A stretch of 64,000 bases of DNA, taken from Xylanibacter ruminicola. GTDB taxonomy: Bacteria > Bacteroidota > Bacteroidia > Bacteroidales > Bacteroidaceae. A program made the translations under genes and the position numbers. Below the pieces are notes generated by a model that was not told the origin of the DNA, ran no database searches, and saw nothing but the letters and a program-made list of their open reading frames with translations. Shown piece after piece: positions 1 through 9,096 of the stretch (positions are counted from its first letter, which is position 1; every line of letters begins with the position of its first letter). The stretch lies in contig SUYC01000005.1 in NCBI GenBank assembly GCA_015060625.1, positions 41,270 through 105,269 on the forward strand, in the 5' to 3' direction.

Positions 1-317
1 CACTGAAAAAGCAGTTAGACGATGTGCAGACAGCTAAGCCAGTTGCACCTCAGGTTGAGCATATGCCAGCCACCACATTCCCAACACCTATCACCCAGCA
101 CCCAGCACCCGTGGCAACAGTCGAAGATGCCATTGCCGAAGAGTATATCGAGCCAGAAAAGGAACTTGAGAGCCTGAACCTGAACGATATGGGGAAGCAG
201 ATGCTCGAGAAGGCTCTGGAGCGTAATCATGGCAATCGTAAGAAAGCCGCCCAGGAGTTGGGAATTAGTGACAGGACCCTTTATCGCAGATTGAAACAGT
301 ATGGCTTGGATCAATAA
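1..317 (+). CDS. C-terminal part of a sigma54-interacting (NtrC/Fis-family) transcriptional regulator, 5'-truncated by the window
   Basis: Ends in a Fis-type HTH: LEKALERNHGNRKKAAQELGISDRTLYRRLKQYGL. Lies upstream of lptE/TPR/secG as is usual in Bacteroidales. Confidence 0.85.
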   Translation, partial: LKKQLDDVQTAKPVAPQVEHMPATTFPTPITQHPAPVATVEDAIAEEYIEPEKELESLNLNDMGKQMLEKALERNHGNRKKAAQELGISDRTLYRRLKQYGLDQ

Positions 318-819
318 GATAAAAACAATCGTGTTTGTTGCTGCCATTGCAGTTGTAACAAGCTGCTCCGTGAGCTATAAGTTCAATGGTGCCAGCATCG
401 ACTATTCGCAAACCAAGACGATTACGATTGCTGAATTCCCTATTCGTAGTAGCTATGTGTGGGGACCTATGGGACCCATGTTCAACAATCAGCTGAAAGA
501 TCAGTTTGCCAACCATACCCGACTGGAGCAGGTTAAGCGTAATGGCGACCTGAAGATTGAGGGTGAGATTGTGCGCTACGAGCAGCGTAACAAAAGCGTG
601 AGTGCCGAGGGGTATTCGGCTATGACAGAGCTCACCATGACAGTGAACGTACGATTTACGAATAATAAGAACCACAATGAAGATTTTGAGCAGCAGTTTA
701 CTGCCTCGCAGAGTTACGAGACCACACAGAGTCTGAACGCCGTGCAGGAGGAACTGGTAACGCTCATGGTCAAGGACCTCTGCGACCAGATCTTCAACCG
801 TACCGTAGCCAACTGGTAA
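301..819 (+). CDS. lptE: LptE-family LPS-assembly lipoprotein
   Basis: Lipoprotein signal (VVTSC), then SVSYKFNGASIDY and LKIEGEIVRY...ELTMTVNVRFTN, typical of Bacteroidetes LptE. Confidence 0.75.
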   Translation: MAWINKIKTIVFVAAIAVVTSCSVSYKFNGASIDYSQTKTITIAEFPIRSSYVWGPMGPMFNNQLKDQFANHTRLEQVKRNGDLKIEGEIVRYEQRNKSVSAEGYSAMTELTMTVNVRFTNNKNHNEDFEQQFTASQSYETTQSLNAVQEELVTLMVKDLCDQIFNRTVANW

Positions 820-840
820 TATAAAGTTAAAAAACGCGTA

Positions 841-1611
841 ATGGAGATTACAGAACTTATCAAGCATCCAGAACAAATGGACCGCGAGACGCTCTATGAG
901 CTGCGCTCGTTGCTGGCTCTGTATCCCTATTTCCAGACGGCACGCCTGCTCATGCTGCAGAATCTGTATCTGTTGCACGATCCTACATTCGACGAAGAAC
1001 TGCGCCGTGCTTCGGCCTATATCACCGATAGGCGCGTACTGTTCCAGATGATCGAGGGGCGCCACTACGAGTATCATCCTGTGGCTAAGCCCGCCGCCAA
1101 GCCTGTTCAGCAGCCTGCCGAACCTGTTGCCGACCGTACCATCTCGCTGATTGATAACTTCTTGGATAGCATCCCTGAAGAATCCAAGACGGATACGCGT
1201 AAACCTAAGCGTAAACCTACGCCAGCCGATGCGGCTGTGGATTACGTGGCCTATCTGATGGATGTGGAGCCGGATGGTGGTCAGGAGATGCCTGGTGAGA
1301 TGCCAAAAATGTTTGGTCAAGACCTGATAGATTCGTTCATAAATGATGACAAAGGCGGCTTCCAGTTGCGTGAGGTGCCCGAGTATCATCCTGAGCCCCA
1401 ACCAGAGCCTGTTGAGAGCGAAAATGGGGTTGAAAGTGAGTACTTTACCGAAACTTTGGCACGAATTTACATCAAACAGGGTAGATATTCGAAAGCTTTA
1501 GAAATTATTCAGCGATTAAGTTTGCAAATTCCGAAAAAAAATGCTTACTTTGCAGATCAGATACGTTTCTTAGAGAAATTAATAGTAAATAGTAACAAAA
1601 AAAATAAATAA
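841..1611 (+). CDS. Tetratricopeptide-repeat protein
   Basis: N-terminal YPYFQTARLL and C-terminal FTETLARIYIKQGRYSKALEII...PKKNAYFADQIRFLEKL, a conserved TPR gene before secG. Confidence 0.8.
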   Translation: MEITELIKHPEQMDRETLYELRSLLALYPYFQTARLLMLQNLYLLHDPTFDEELRRASAYITDRRVLFQMIEGRHYEYHPVAKPAAKPVQQPAEPVADRTISLIDNFLDSIPEESKTDTRKPKRKPTPADAAVDYVAYLMDVEPDGGQEMPGEMPKMFGQDLIDSFINDDKGGFQLREVPEYHPEPQPEPVESENGVESEYFTETLARIYIKQGRYSKALEIIQRLSLQIPKKNAYFADQIRFLEKLIVNSNKKNK

Positions 1612-1615
1612 AAAA

Positions 1616-1996
1616 ATGTACACATTATTTGTAATTCTCATTGTGGTTGCAGCACTGCTTATGATTGGCATTGTGCTCATCCAGGAGTCAAAGGGAGGCG
1701 GTTTGGCTTCTCAGTTCTCAGGTTATAACCAGATTGGCGGTGTTCGTAAAACTACCGACTTTATCGAGAAGGCTACTTGGTTCCTCGCTGGTTTTATGGT
1801 GTTCGTTAGTGTTTGTTGCGCTTATGTAGCTCCTCAGGCTGGTGGCGACACCTCTGTTATGGAGAACTATCAGGCTCCTGCTACCAATCCTAACAACCTG
1901 CCTGGTTTCGGTGCTAGTCAGCAGAAGGACGCAGCTGCTCCTGCAGCTCCTGCTACTCAGGCTCCCGCCGCTAAAACACCTGCTGAGAAGAAGTAA
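1616..1996 (+). CDS. secG: Preprotein translocase subunit SecG
   Basis: Two TM helices with VLIQESKGGGLASQF and TTDFIEKATWFLA. Confidence 0.95.
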   Translation: MYTLFVILIVVAALLMIGIVLIQESKGGGLASQFSGYNQIGGVRKTTDFIEKATWFLAGFMVFVSVCCAYVAPQAGGDTSVMENYQAPATNPNNLPGFGASQQKDAAAPAAPATQAPAAKTPAEKK

Positions 1997-2022
1997 TCAG
2001 CTTCTTTTGGCCTAACAAAAAC

Positions 2023-2065
2023 AATGGAGGGTTTGCTGCTGCAAGCTCTCCATTCTTGTTTTTTT
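2023..2065 (+). terminator. Intrinsic terminator after secG, probably bidirectional
   Basis: AATGGAGGGTTTGC-TGCT-GCAAGCTCTCCATT stem (with G-U pairs) followed by a T run, with an A run upstream. Confidence 0.75.
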
Positions 2066-2093
2066 AGCTGATTGTGCTTTTATATGTTCATAT

Positions 2094-2639
2094 CTACTGG
2101 GTGATTTTTCCACTCTTATCAACCGTAAACTTCAGTGTGGTGCTCTTGGGATAGAGTTTGGTGAGGTTGGCTGCTGGCACAATCATGTGCGAATCCTCTT
2201 CTTTCACCTTGTAGTCTATCACTCTACCATTGGCATCATAGCTGATCACCTCCAGTTTGTAGTGAAGGCCCACGCCGTACTTTTCTTTCTGCGTGATGTC
2301 GGCATCGGGAAGAAGCGACTCGCTGATGGTAATAGAACACTCGCCAGGCAGATTATTGAAATTCACGGCGGGCTGGACAGACATCTCTTCTATAAACTCC
2401 GAAAACTCCTGAGTCTCGGTCTCGCCATTGGTTTTGGGCATAGTTACAACTGTCTTCACGATGTCCTGCTGGTCATCTGCTCCTGTTCCGGCTTTGACCG
2501 TCAGTTTGAAGGTGTAAGTCGTTGCTCTGTTGTCTGCGGGTGAATCGCCATCGTCGCTTCCGCAGGCGGTGAATACTGTTGAAATCATTGCGCAGCAAAG
2601 GATGGCTGCTAACATCATAATAGTCTTTCTCATTTTCAT
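2094..2639 (-). CDS. Hypothetical lipoprotein
   Basis: 181-aa ORF with lipobox-like VFTAC followed by SDDGDSP. AT-rich upstream region. Confidence 0.75.
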   Translation of the reverse strand: MKMRKTIMMLAAILCCAMISTVFTACGSDDGDSPADNRATTYTFKLTVKAGTGADDQQDIVKTVVTMPKTNGETETQEFSEFIEEMSVQPAVNFNNLPGECSITISESLLPDADITQKEKYGVGLHYKLEVISYDANGRVIDYKVKEEDSHMIVPAANLTKLYPKSTTLKFTVDKSGKITQ

Positions 2640-2670
2640 TTAAGTTTAAAATTTATATGTTAATAATATC

Positions 2671-5160
2671 TTACTTGATCACAACCTTTTTACCTTTATA
2701 TATATACACGCCATGGGCCGTGGGCTTGCCTGGCAGAGGTCGGCCATTCAGGTCGTACCACGTGTCGTTTTGGGCATCCGTAGCCATTGTATCCCCGATG
2801 CCAGTGGTGCTGCTGACAGTGAGAGGAAAGGCGGCGAAGACGAAGTAATCTTTCTCTATGAGGCTGTGGAAGTCGTTGGCGATGAGGAGGTCGACGCCGT
2901 AGTCGCCCGGCTCCAAGGCTTCTGGCAGACGGATGGAGAAGGCTTTCCGCATATTGCTGCTGACCTGTAGAAATTCGTAGATGACGGGGAACTCGCTGAG
3001 GTCGTAGCCGCCTTCGGCGTTGGGCCTATAGATTTTGGCCAGCACCACGGCATCGTAGTCCAGAGGTGTGTCGTTGCCCACGGTGAGGTCGAGATAGTAG
3101 GCGGGATTGCCTTCCTCGTCGTTACGCTCATGGTATTCTGCAGACAATAAGTCGAAGGCCAGTTCGTCGAAGGTTACGCTCTTGTGCCCCATGTAGCCCG
3201 GAGCCTGCGCGATGTCGGCCAGTTTGCTGCCGGTGATGTCCTTGCCGTTGCCAGTCGTCGTCAGCAGCACCACGTACTCGCCAGCCATCGGTGCCGAGAA
3301 GTTAAAGTAGATGTCCTCGGCATCGCCCGCCTCAAGCATGAGTCCAGTCGAGGAATACCCGGTATTGGCTTTCAGTTCGCCATCCTCCACGTAATAGACG
3401 AAGCAATCTGCACCGCCCACGAAGCTGTCGTTGCTGGTGTTCCGGACGGTGACGGTGACGCTCTGGCTGATGCCGCGCTGCTTCAGTCCGTCGATGATGA
3501 TGTTATCGGCCGCGACTGTCAGCTTTGGTTGTTGCGGATAGTATGTCTTTTTCGTCACCTTACCCTCCTCGTCAACGCTGACCTTTACGTAGCAGTTGGA
3601 GCCGAAGAGAGTGCGCCAGGGGGCACTGGTGCCACTCATTCCCGACGTACCGTCGCCTACCCGTAGCCTTTCACGATTAACAAACACCAGGTCGTGCTGG
3701 CCTGGAGCGAGGCCGTCGAACATGCCTGAAGGCACTGTAAACATGTACAACCCATACAATCCATCAGTGTTAGATGTGTACTTGCCATAGTTGTATCCTT
3801 TCATCTCAATCTCTGTCTCACCGCTGATACGGCTGTAGTCAGGTGTTCCGTCAGCATTCCGTTCGGCAAGGGCAACGGAGAATACACCAGGCCTGTATGA
3901 CGGATTGGTAAGCATGAATACATGGTTGCCATTTCCATCGTCGCCGCTCACTCCTAAACTGTTGAGGTAGCGGGAGTATCCTTCCGATGAGCCATTCTGC
4001 GGGCACAGTCCGATGAGTGCCGTCTGGCGATAGCTGTAGCCATCCTTGGTGGTGCTACCGCCCGAGCCTGACTGGTCGGGGTTGAGCAGGGTGATCTTAA
4101 AGAAACCGTTGCATAAGCCTGACCAGCCCCAGTTAACGTTGTAGTAGCCCTCGCCGTCCTGCACCTCATAGCCGTCGACAACGAAAGCATGTCCGCCGCC
4201 CGTGGACTGTCCGCTATATACCAGCGGCCGTCCTTCGCTCAACTCGTTGTAGAGCAGTTCGTCCCAGTCGCTGACGGTGTACTCTTCGGCTCTGGCACAA
4301 TAAACACCGGGGTCGTAGCCGAACACAGTGGTCAGCAAGTCTATGTCGTATAGGCTTCCGAGGGAGAGCTGCGGCGTATAGTTCATCTGTATCAGCTGCC
4401 CGCAGTAGCGCATCAGCGTGGCCACGGCCACTTGTTGCTGCTCGGTGGTCTCCAGACGTATATAGTTTCTCTGAGCATTGTAGTAACTATATTCGTCCAA
4501 CATGTTGTCCCAGTCGAATGCCGTAACTGGCAGACCGTCAATCACGCGGCCGTTGGCCATCGTGTAGGCAGGCAGGTCGCCGCCTATCGGTCCCTGCGGC
4601 CAGCGGTGGTAACGCATCACCTGAGCCAGTGCTGTAGCCATGCAGCCCGTGAGGCACAGTTGACCGTCGGTCACGGGGCAGAAGGCATTATAAGGCAATT
4701 CTTGGTCCCAGCGGGTAGTCATCAGTGGGGCGATGTCGTCGTGGAGCGCCACGCTTCTGGCCTTCACACCGAGGCGACTGAGCAAGCTGATCTGGTTAGC
4801 CGTCGCGTCGAGCCACCACTGTAGGTTGTCGGGGATGGTCTCTGCGTCGAAAGTGCCTTGTGCAGAGTAGCCCAGCACGAGGTTGTCGCCAACGCAGTCG
4901 TCGCCGCTCACTACGACGAAGCCTTTGGAACCTGTGGCGTTGAACACGTAGAAGGGGCTGGCCTCAGTCTGCTCCCCACTGTCCATGCTGATGCCCATGG
5001 CGCGACTCTTGGCCCGCATGGCCTCGCTTTTCAGGGCGATGCCTTTCTTGTTCATGAACTTGGCAGCAGCCTGTCGTGCGGCTTGGGGCGAAACAGGTTC
5101 TGCCACAATTGTCACCCAGCAGCATAGGACGGCTGCAAGCGTCATTAGAATTTTTCTCAT
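2671..5160 (-). CDS. C10-family (streptopain/interpain-like) cysteine peptidase with propeptide and T9SS C-terminal domain
   Basis: Signal peptide. Propeptide FYVFN...KGFVVVSGDD...VLGYS. Catalytic Cys in TGCMATALAQVMRYHRWP, His in GGHAFVVDGY, and NWGWSG. CTD WYDLNGRPL...GVYIYKGKKVVIK. Confidence 0.92.
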   Translation of the reverse strand: MRKILMTLAAVLCCWVTIVAEPVSPQAARQAAAKFMNKKGIALKSEAMRAKSRAMGISMDSGEQTEASPFYVFNATGSKGFVVVSGDDCVGDNLVLGYSAQGTFDAETIPDNLQWWLDATANQISLLSRLGVKARSVALHDDIAPLMTTRWDQELPYNAFCPVTDGQLCLTGCMATALAQVMRYHRWPQGPIGGDLPAYTMANGRVIDGLPVTAFDWDNMLDEYSYYNAQRNYIRLETTEQQQVAVATLMRYCGQLIQMNYTPQLSLGSLYDIDLLTTVFGYDPGVYCARAEEYTVSDWDELLYNELSEGRPLVYSGQSTGGGHAFVVDGYEVQDGEGYYNVNWGWSGLCNGFFKITLLNPDQSGSGGSTTKDGYSYRQTALIGLCPQNGSSEGYSRYLNSLGVSGDDGNGNHVFMLTNPSYRPGVFSVALAERNADGTPDYSRISGETEIEMKGYNYGKYTSNTDGLYGLYMFTVPSGMFDGLAPGQHDLVFVNRERLRVGDGTSGMSGTSAPWRTLFGSNCYVKVSVDEEGKVTKKTYYPQQPKLTVAADNIIIDGLKQRGISQSVTVTVRNTSNDSFVGGADCFVYYVEDGELKANTGYSSTGLMLEAGDAEDIYFNFSAPMAGEYVVLLTTTGNGKDITGSKLADIAQAPGYMGHKSVTFDELAFDLLSAEYHERNDEEGNPAYYLDLTVGNDTPLDYDAVVLAKIYRPNAEGGYDLSEFPVIYEFLQVSSNMRKAFSIRLPEALEPGDYGVDLLIANDFHSLIEKDYFVFAAFPLTVSSTTGIGDTMATDAQNDTWYDLNGRPLPGKPTAHGVYIYKGKKVVIK

Positions 5161-5168
5161 ATCTATTT

Positions 5169-6440
5169 TTATCTGTTTTCGTATTCTTTTGTCATATAAA
5201 ATTTTTCGTTATATACTTTGCCTTCATTGTCTGTCTTCACCTGCACCATTTCTATCTTGGTTCCTGATTTGTCGATAGATACAGCATATTTTTTGGTATA
5301 TCCCGATCTTTCATTCTCTTTCTTTTCTTCGTCTTTTGCCCAAGTCTTGTAGTCTTCCACGAAGTAATTTGTTTGCTTCTCCATGCCGGGCTTGGTGGTA
5401 ACGTTGCTGGCATCTGTCTCGTATTTCGCTTCCTTTATTACCACAAACAAAGAGTCTGAATGCAATTCCCAACTGCCTTTCCTCGTGTTCACCATGACAT
5501 GACGGCCGTTGAAATAGGGTTCACTTTCGTAACCAATGTATTGGGATGTGAATGTATGATCAGCCTTAAATTCGAAAAAATCTTTTTTGTTTGCTGTATC
5601 TATAATCATCCATCGTCCTACCAATTCGTGTTCCTTCACGTTTTGTCCCGTCACATGGCGTGTTTTGACGTACTCGTCAAGTTCCTTGTCGGTGATGCCC
5701 ATTGCAAATTTACAGGAGTTGCTTTTTATCTCACATTCCTCGGCCCATAAGTTGAGATAATGCTGTCGGAGAGATTTCCCGTCTAAGAATACTACAACCT
5801 CCCTGCGAGGCATGTATTCTTTTATCTGGTCTTGATAATCAGGCCGACTATCTCCGAACTTCAACATGGTCTCATATTCCGCCTCGTTGCTGATTGGCTT
5901 CCGAAACCTCCAACTACTGTTCAGTGCGTAAAATATACTATGGCGAAAAACGTAAAAGTCTTGTACGGCATCAATGAATGCGGGATTATCGATGTTTTTC
6001 CACGAGTCCTGACTGCTGAGGAACACCTTTTCGCTCGCCTCATCGAACGGATACTGCTGCTGCGAACTGACCCCACTCATAATATAATTTATAGCTCTAG
6101 ACAACAAGTTATACTCAAGGGAGTCCAGCTTATCTAAATTGTCCAGCACATAACGGGCATCCTTTTCTCCGTCAACATCCTCCTTAGCCAATCTTCGCAA
6201 CAGCCCCACTGTATTGTCCATGTCGTGAATAACCATCATTGCCAAAAGGCGGGCATCGGCGTTCTTCTGCTTATGTTCGAAATACTGGGCCGTGCCAAAC
6301 GTCAGCACGATAGAGATGGTGGTGCCGAGGAATGTCATCAGCAGTTCCTTCATCCATCCCTTTACCGTCAGGTCGCGCCCACGCTCGGCTCTGCCGCTTT
6401 GCTTTGCAAAGAACTTGGGCATCTTGAATTTCGCGTTCAT
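5169..6440 (-). CDS. Hypothetical protein with N-terminal TM helix
   Basis: 423-aa ORF co-oriented with its neighbours. Hydrophobic ELLMTFLGTTISIVLTFGT. No family recognised. Confidence 0.7.
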   Translation of the reverse strand: MNAKFKMPKFFAKQSGRAERGRDLTVKGWMKELLMTFLGTTISIVLTFGTAQYFEHKQKNADARLLAMMVIHDMDNTVGLLRRLAKEDVDGEKDARYVLDNLDKLDSLEYNLLSRAINYIMSGVSSQQQYPFDEASEKVFLSSQDSWKNIDNPAFIDAVQDFYVFRHSIFYALNSSWRFRKPISNEAEYETMLKFGDSRPDYQDQIKEYMPRREVVVFLDGKSLRQHYLNLWAEECEIKSNSCKFAMGITDKELDEYVKTRHVTGQNVKEHELVGRWMIIDTANKKDFFEFKADHTFTSQYIGYESEPYFNGRHVMVNTRKGSWELHSDSLFVVIKEAKYETDASNVTTKPGMEKQTNYFVEDYKTWAKDEEKKENERSGYTKKYAVSIDKSGTKIEMVQVKTDNEGKVYNEKFYMTKEYENR

Positions 6441-6479
6441 ACCGATTTAGTATTTGCTTTTTTATTATTAATTCCTTAT

Positions 6480-7031
6480 TTATCTTCTCATCCTTGGTGC
6501 CAGTGGCTGGAGCGGACGTCCTTCATTCCATCTTCTTTTTCTTACAATATAGTCGCGGATGCCCCCCAAGTTGTCGACCATCTTCGAGTAATCGGGGCGT
6601 GACTTGAAATGAAATTGAGGCGTCGAATGATGTTCCTGATGACGAAACATAATAGATTGGATTCTGACGGTGTCCTTTTTCTGGATACTTCCCAGAGGCA
6701 TCTGTAGCCAATTCGGCTGGGAATGGGCGAACAAGGCATAATCAAATTCTACCCTTAACGGCGGTAACTTTGGAAATCTGTCAGAATACCTCCATGAAAT
6801 ATCGGAGGGTGTCTGTGCCATTGCCGTTGCCGTTAAGCAGAGTAACGCCACAGACATACCTGTTTGCCGTATTTTTCGCCGTAACTCCAGGTTCTCGTCG
6901 ATGAACTCTTTGAGGTGGGCATTGTTGTCACTGATGCGCCACCGCTGAAAGACGATGACGGCCACCAATGCCAGCACTATCACGATGATGGCAGCAGCGA
7001 GGGCGACGGTTAGGATGAGAGATGTTTCCAT
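6480..7031 (-). CDS. Hypothetical membrane protein, probable start METSLIL at 7031
   Basis: The ATG at 7031 lies just downstream of a TAATTTTG -7 box (7059-7066), so the longer 7115 start is unlikely. Confidence 0.55.
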   Translation of the reverse strand: METSLILTVALAAAIIVIVLALVAVIVFQRWRISDNNAHLKEFIDENLELRRKIRQTGMSVALLCLTATAMAQTPSDISWRYSDRFPKLPPLRVEFDYALFAHSQPNWLQMPLGSIQKKDTVRIQSIMFRHQEHHSTPQFHFKSRPDYSKMVDNLGGIRDYIVRKRRWNEGRPLQPLAPRMRR

Positions 7032-7058
7032 ACGTTTTGCGGTTTTGATTTCACGCCG

Positions 7059-7114
7059 CAAAATTACAACCCGCCAGCAAAACGGATGTCTCACTGGCGG
7101 GAAAATATGTCTCA
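7059..7114 (-). promoter_or_regulatory. Promoter with two TGAGACAT direct repeats 21 bp apart (candidate AraC sites)
   Basis: The + strand shows ATGTCTCA at 7086-7093 and 7107-7114. CAAAATTA at 7059-7066 reads as TAATTTTG on the minus strand. Confidence 0.55.
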
Positions 7115-7160
7115 AATCTGGGAAAAATGCTTTTTCCTTGTTACAGCGGGGGAAAAGCGG

Positions 7161-8858
7161 CTATATCTTGCGGTATTCGGTGGGTGTCATGCCGTAGGCA
7201 TTACGGAAAAGACGTGCGAGGGTGGCACGGCTGGGAATGCCTGAGAGTTCGCCAATAATGGCAATGGGGTCATCGGTGGACTTCAGCAGGCGGGCGACAT
7301 GCTCCAGACGGTAGTGGTTGATGAAGTCGGTGACGGTTTCGCCGTGGGAGCATTCGCGGATGGCCTGCGCGACGTATTTCTCGTTGGTGCCGAGTAGCGA
7401 GGCCAGTGTGTCACGGTTCAGGTTCTCGTCGGTATAGGGTTGCTGCTCGTCCATCAACGTGCAGAGGCGTCGGTAGAGCAGCTGCTCGGTGGTGAGCTCT
7501 GCCTCTGGAGTGGCCTGCAACTGTGCCATCTCCTGCTGCTGTTCCTGTCGGTGCTGCTCTATCTCCTCGTAGAGTTTACGGTTCTTTTCCGTCAACACCT
7601 TATTATATTTATACGAGCGACGGAGCAGGTAGGCGATAAGCAGAATGATGAGGATGGTGCCGATGAGGAGGATGCGGTGGACGCGCGTCTCGGCTCTCGA
7701 CTCCTCCAAGGCCAGTTCCTTCTCGTGTGTCTGGTAGATAACGGCCAGTTCCATCGACTTGTCACGGCGTTCCCATAGTTTGGCCGAATCGAGGGCAGCA
7801 ATCATTCGGGTTGCAACAGCCAGGGCAGAATCGCGCTGGCCTGCACCCAGGAAGGCTTCAAACCTCATCTTCACAAACCCCTGCAGGTTCTCAATGTTGT
7901 ACTGCATGCCCCTTCGGTGCAGCAACGGCTCTATCTCTTCGGAATTCGCCACAGCCTCGTCGAAACGGTGCGCCTTGTTGAGATAGGGAACCGCGTTTGC
8001 CCGTCCTACTGGCGTCTTGTAAAGGGGATTCTTCTGATATTCCTCGTAAGCCTTGGCTGCCTCATCACGACGACCCTCCATTTCGAGCAAGACGGGTTTG
8101 ATGGCTAACAGCTGCAACTGGATATACGGATGATTCACATCCATTTGCTCAGGATGCTTCGCCAAGTCATTCAGGGTCTGTTCAAGATATACCATCCACG
8201 CCCCACCGCGCTCATACTGGAACATATTACAATAGGCAATCATCGCGTCAACAGCCGTCTTCAGACGATATGTTTTCAACGTCTTCAAACTCTCATTGCT
8301 GTGCCCAGAGTCGGAGACGTAGCCATCTATCAGGTCGATTGCCCGTTTCAGATACTCCTCTGCCGTGTCATAACGCTCCAGAAAGATGCTGCATTGGGCC
8401 ATATTGCTGAGCGTTTGTACAAAGCTCGACAGCAGCATCTCATGGCTGTTGACGTAATCCTTGTCGGCGTCGCTAATATGCCGCTGACCCTTACGCAGGG
8501 CTAAGTCATAATGCTTGTTGGCGACGTCCACCTCGATACTGAGCCCCTGAACCATGAAACGGTAGAACCGGTCCTGCTCCGTCTCCAGCTTGCAGGCCAA
8601 AGCAGAGTCGATGATGGTCACAGCATGTTTTGGATTATGATGATACATAACACAGGCCAAATAGAAATCGCCAGTAATATCGCCTATCACGCCTTCCGTC
8701 TTCAGGCTATCGACCATACGATATATCGTTACGGTATCGTGGACCGTACTCAAAATACTGTCTATCGCGCTTGGATTGAAATCACGGTTGCACGAAGGAC
8801 TGCCGCACGATAATAATGCTGTAGCGCATAATAATATAAGGTATAGGAAGTGTCGCAT
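7161..8858 (-). CDS. Membrane-anchored AraC-family regulator with a periplasmic TPR-like sensor
   Basis: Lipoprotein-like N-terminus, helical repeats, TM ILLIGTILIILLIAYLL, and C-terminal AraC HTH YTDENLNRDTLASLLGTNEKY...FINHYRLEH...LFRNAYGMTPTEYRK. Confidence 0.92.
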   Translation of the reverse strand: MRHFLYLILLCATALLSCGSPSCNRDFNPSAIDSILSTVHDTVTIYRMVDSLKTEGVIGDITGDFYLACVMYHHNPKHAVTIIDSALACKLETEQDRFYRFMVQGLSIEVDVANKHYDLALRKGQRHISDADKDYVNSHEMLLSSFVQTLSNMAQCSIFLERYDTAEEYLKRAIDLIDGYVSDSGHSNESLKTLKTYRLKTAVDAMIAYCNMFQYERGGAWMVYLEQTLNDLAKHPEQMDVNHPYIQLQLLAIKPVLLEMEGRRDEAAKAYEEYQKNPLYKTPVGRANAVPYLNKAHRFDEAVANSEEIEPLLHRRGMQYNIENLQGFVKMRFEAFLGAGQRDSALAVATRMIAALDSAKLWERRDKSMELAVIYQTHEKELALEESRAETRVHRILLIGTILIILLIAYLLRRSYKYNKVLTEKNRKLYEEIEQHRQEQQQEMAQLQATPEAELTTEQLLYRRLCTLMDEQQPYTDENLNRDTLASLLGTNEKYVAQAIRECSHGETVTDFINHYRLEHVARLLKSTDDPIAIIGELSGIPSRATLARLFRNAYGMTPTEYRKI

Positions 8859-8962
8859 ATTATCTGTTTATCTATTACGCTGCAAAAATAAGCATTTATT
8901 TTCAATTACTGTCCGTTTTTTCTGCTTATTGTGCATTATTTCGCAAATTTCTTGCCCGAAAA

Positions 8963-8994
8963 TTTGCACAGCTCAAAAAATCTTAGTACCTTTG
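8963..8994 (+). promoter_or_regulatory. Bacteroidetes sigma-A promoter of tRNA-Tyr
   Basis: TTTG (8963-8966), 20 nt spacer, TACCTTTG (8987-8994), matching the -33/-7 consensus. Confidence 0.85.
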
Positions 8995-9012
8995 CACCCG
9001 CATTTGAGCGAT

Positions 9013-9095
9013 GGGTGTTTTCCAGAGTGGCCAAATGGGGCAGACTGTAAATCTGCTGTCTTTCGACTTCGGTGGTTCGAATCCATCAGCACCCA
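9013..9095 (+). tRNA. tRNA-Tyr(GTA)
   Basis: GGGTG...CACCCA acceptor stem, D-loop AGAGTGGCCAAATG, anticodon arm GCAGA-CTGTAAA-TCTGC, long variable arm, T-loop GGTTCGAATCC. 83 nt, CCA not encoded. Confidence 0.97.
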
Positions 9096-9096
9096 C

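Noticed and set aside
265-1401. Long antisense ORFs in the track (265-1401, 10026-10901, 30212-31099, 50778-51638, 54040-55227 and others)
   Set aside because: They lie opposite well-supported genes, have no recognisable motifs, and are typical shadow ORFs from codon bias.
2000-9095. Accessory block as an island integrated at tRNA-Tyr
   Set aside because: The block is on the 5' side of the tRNA, there is no integrase, and I found no duplicated tRNA 3' end.
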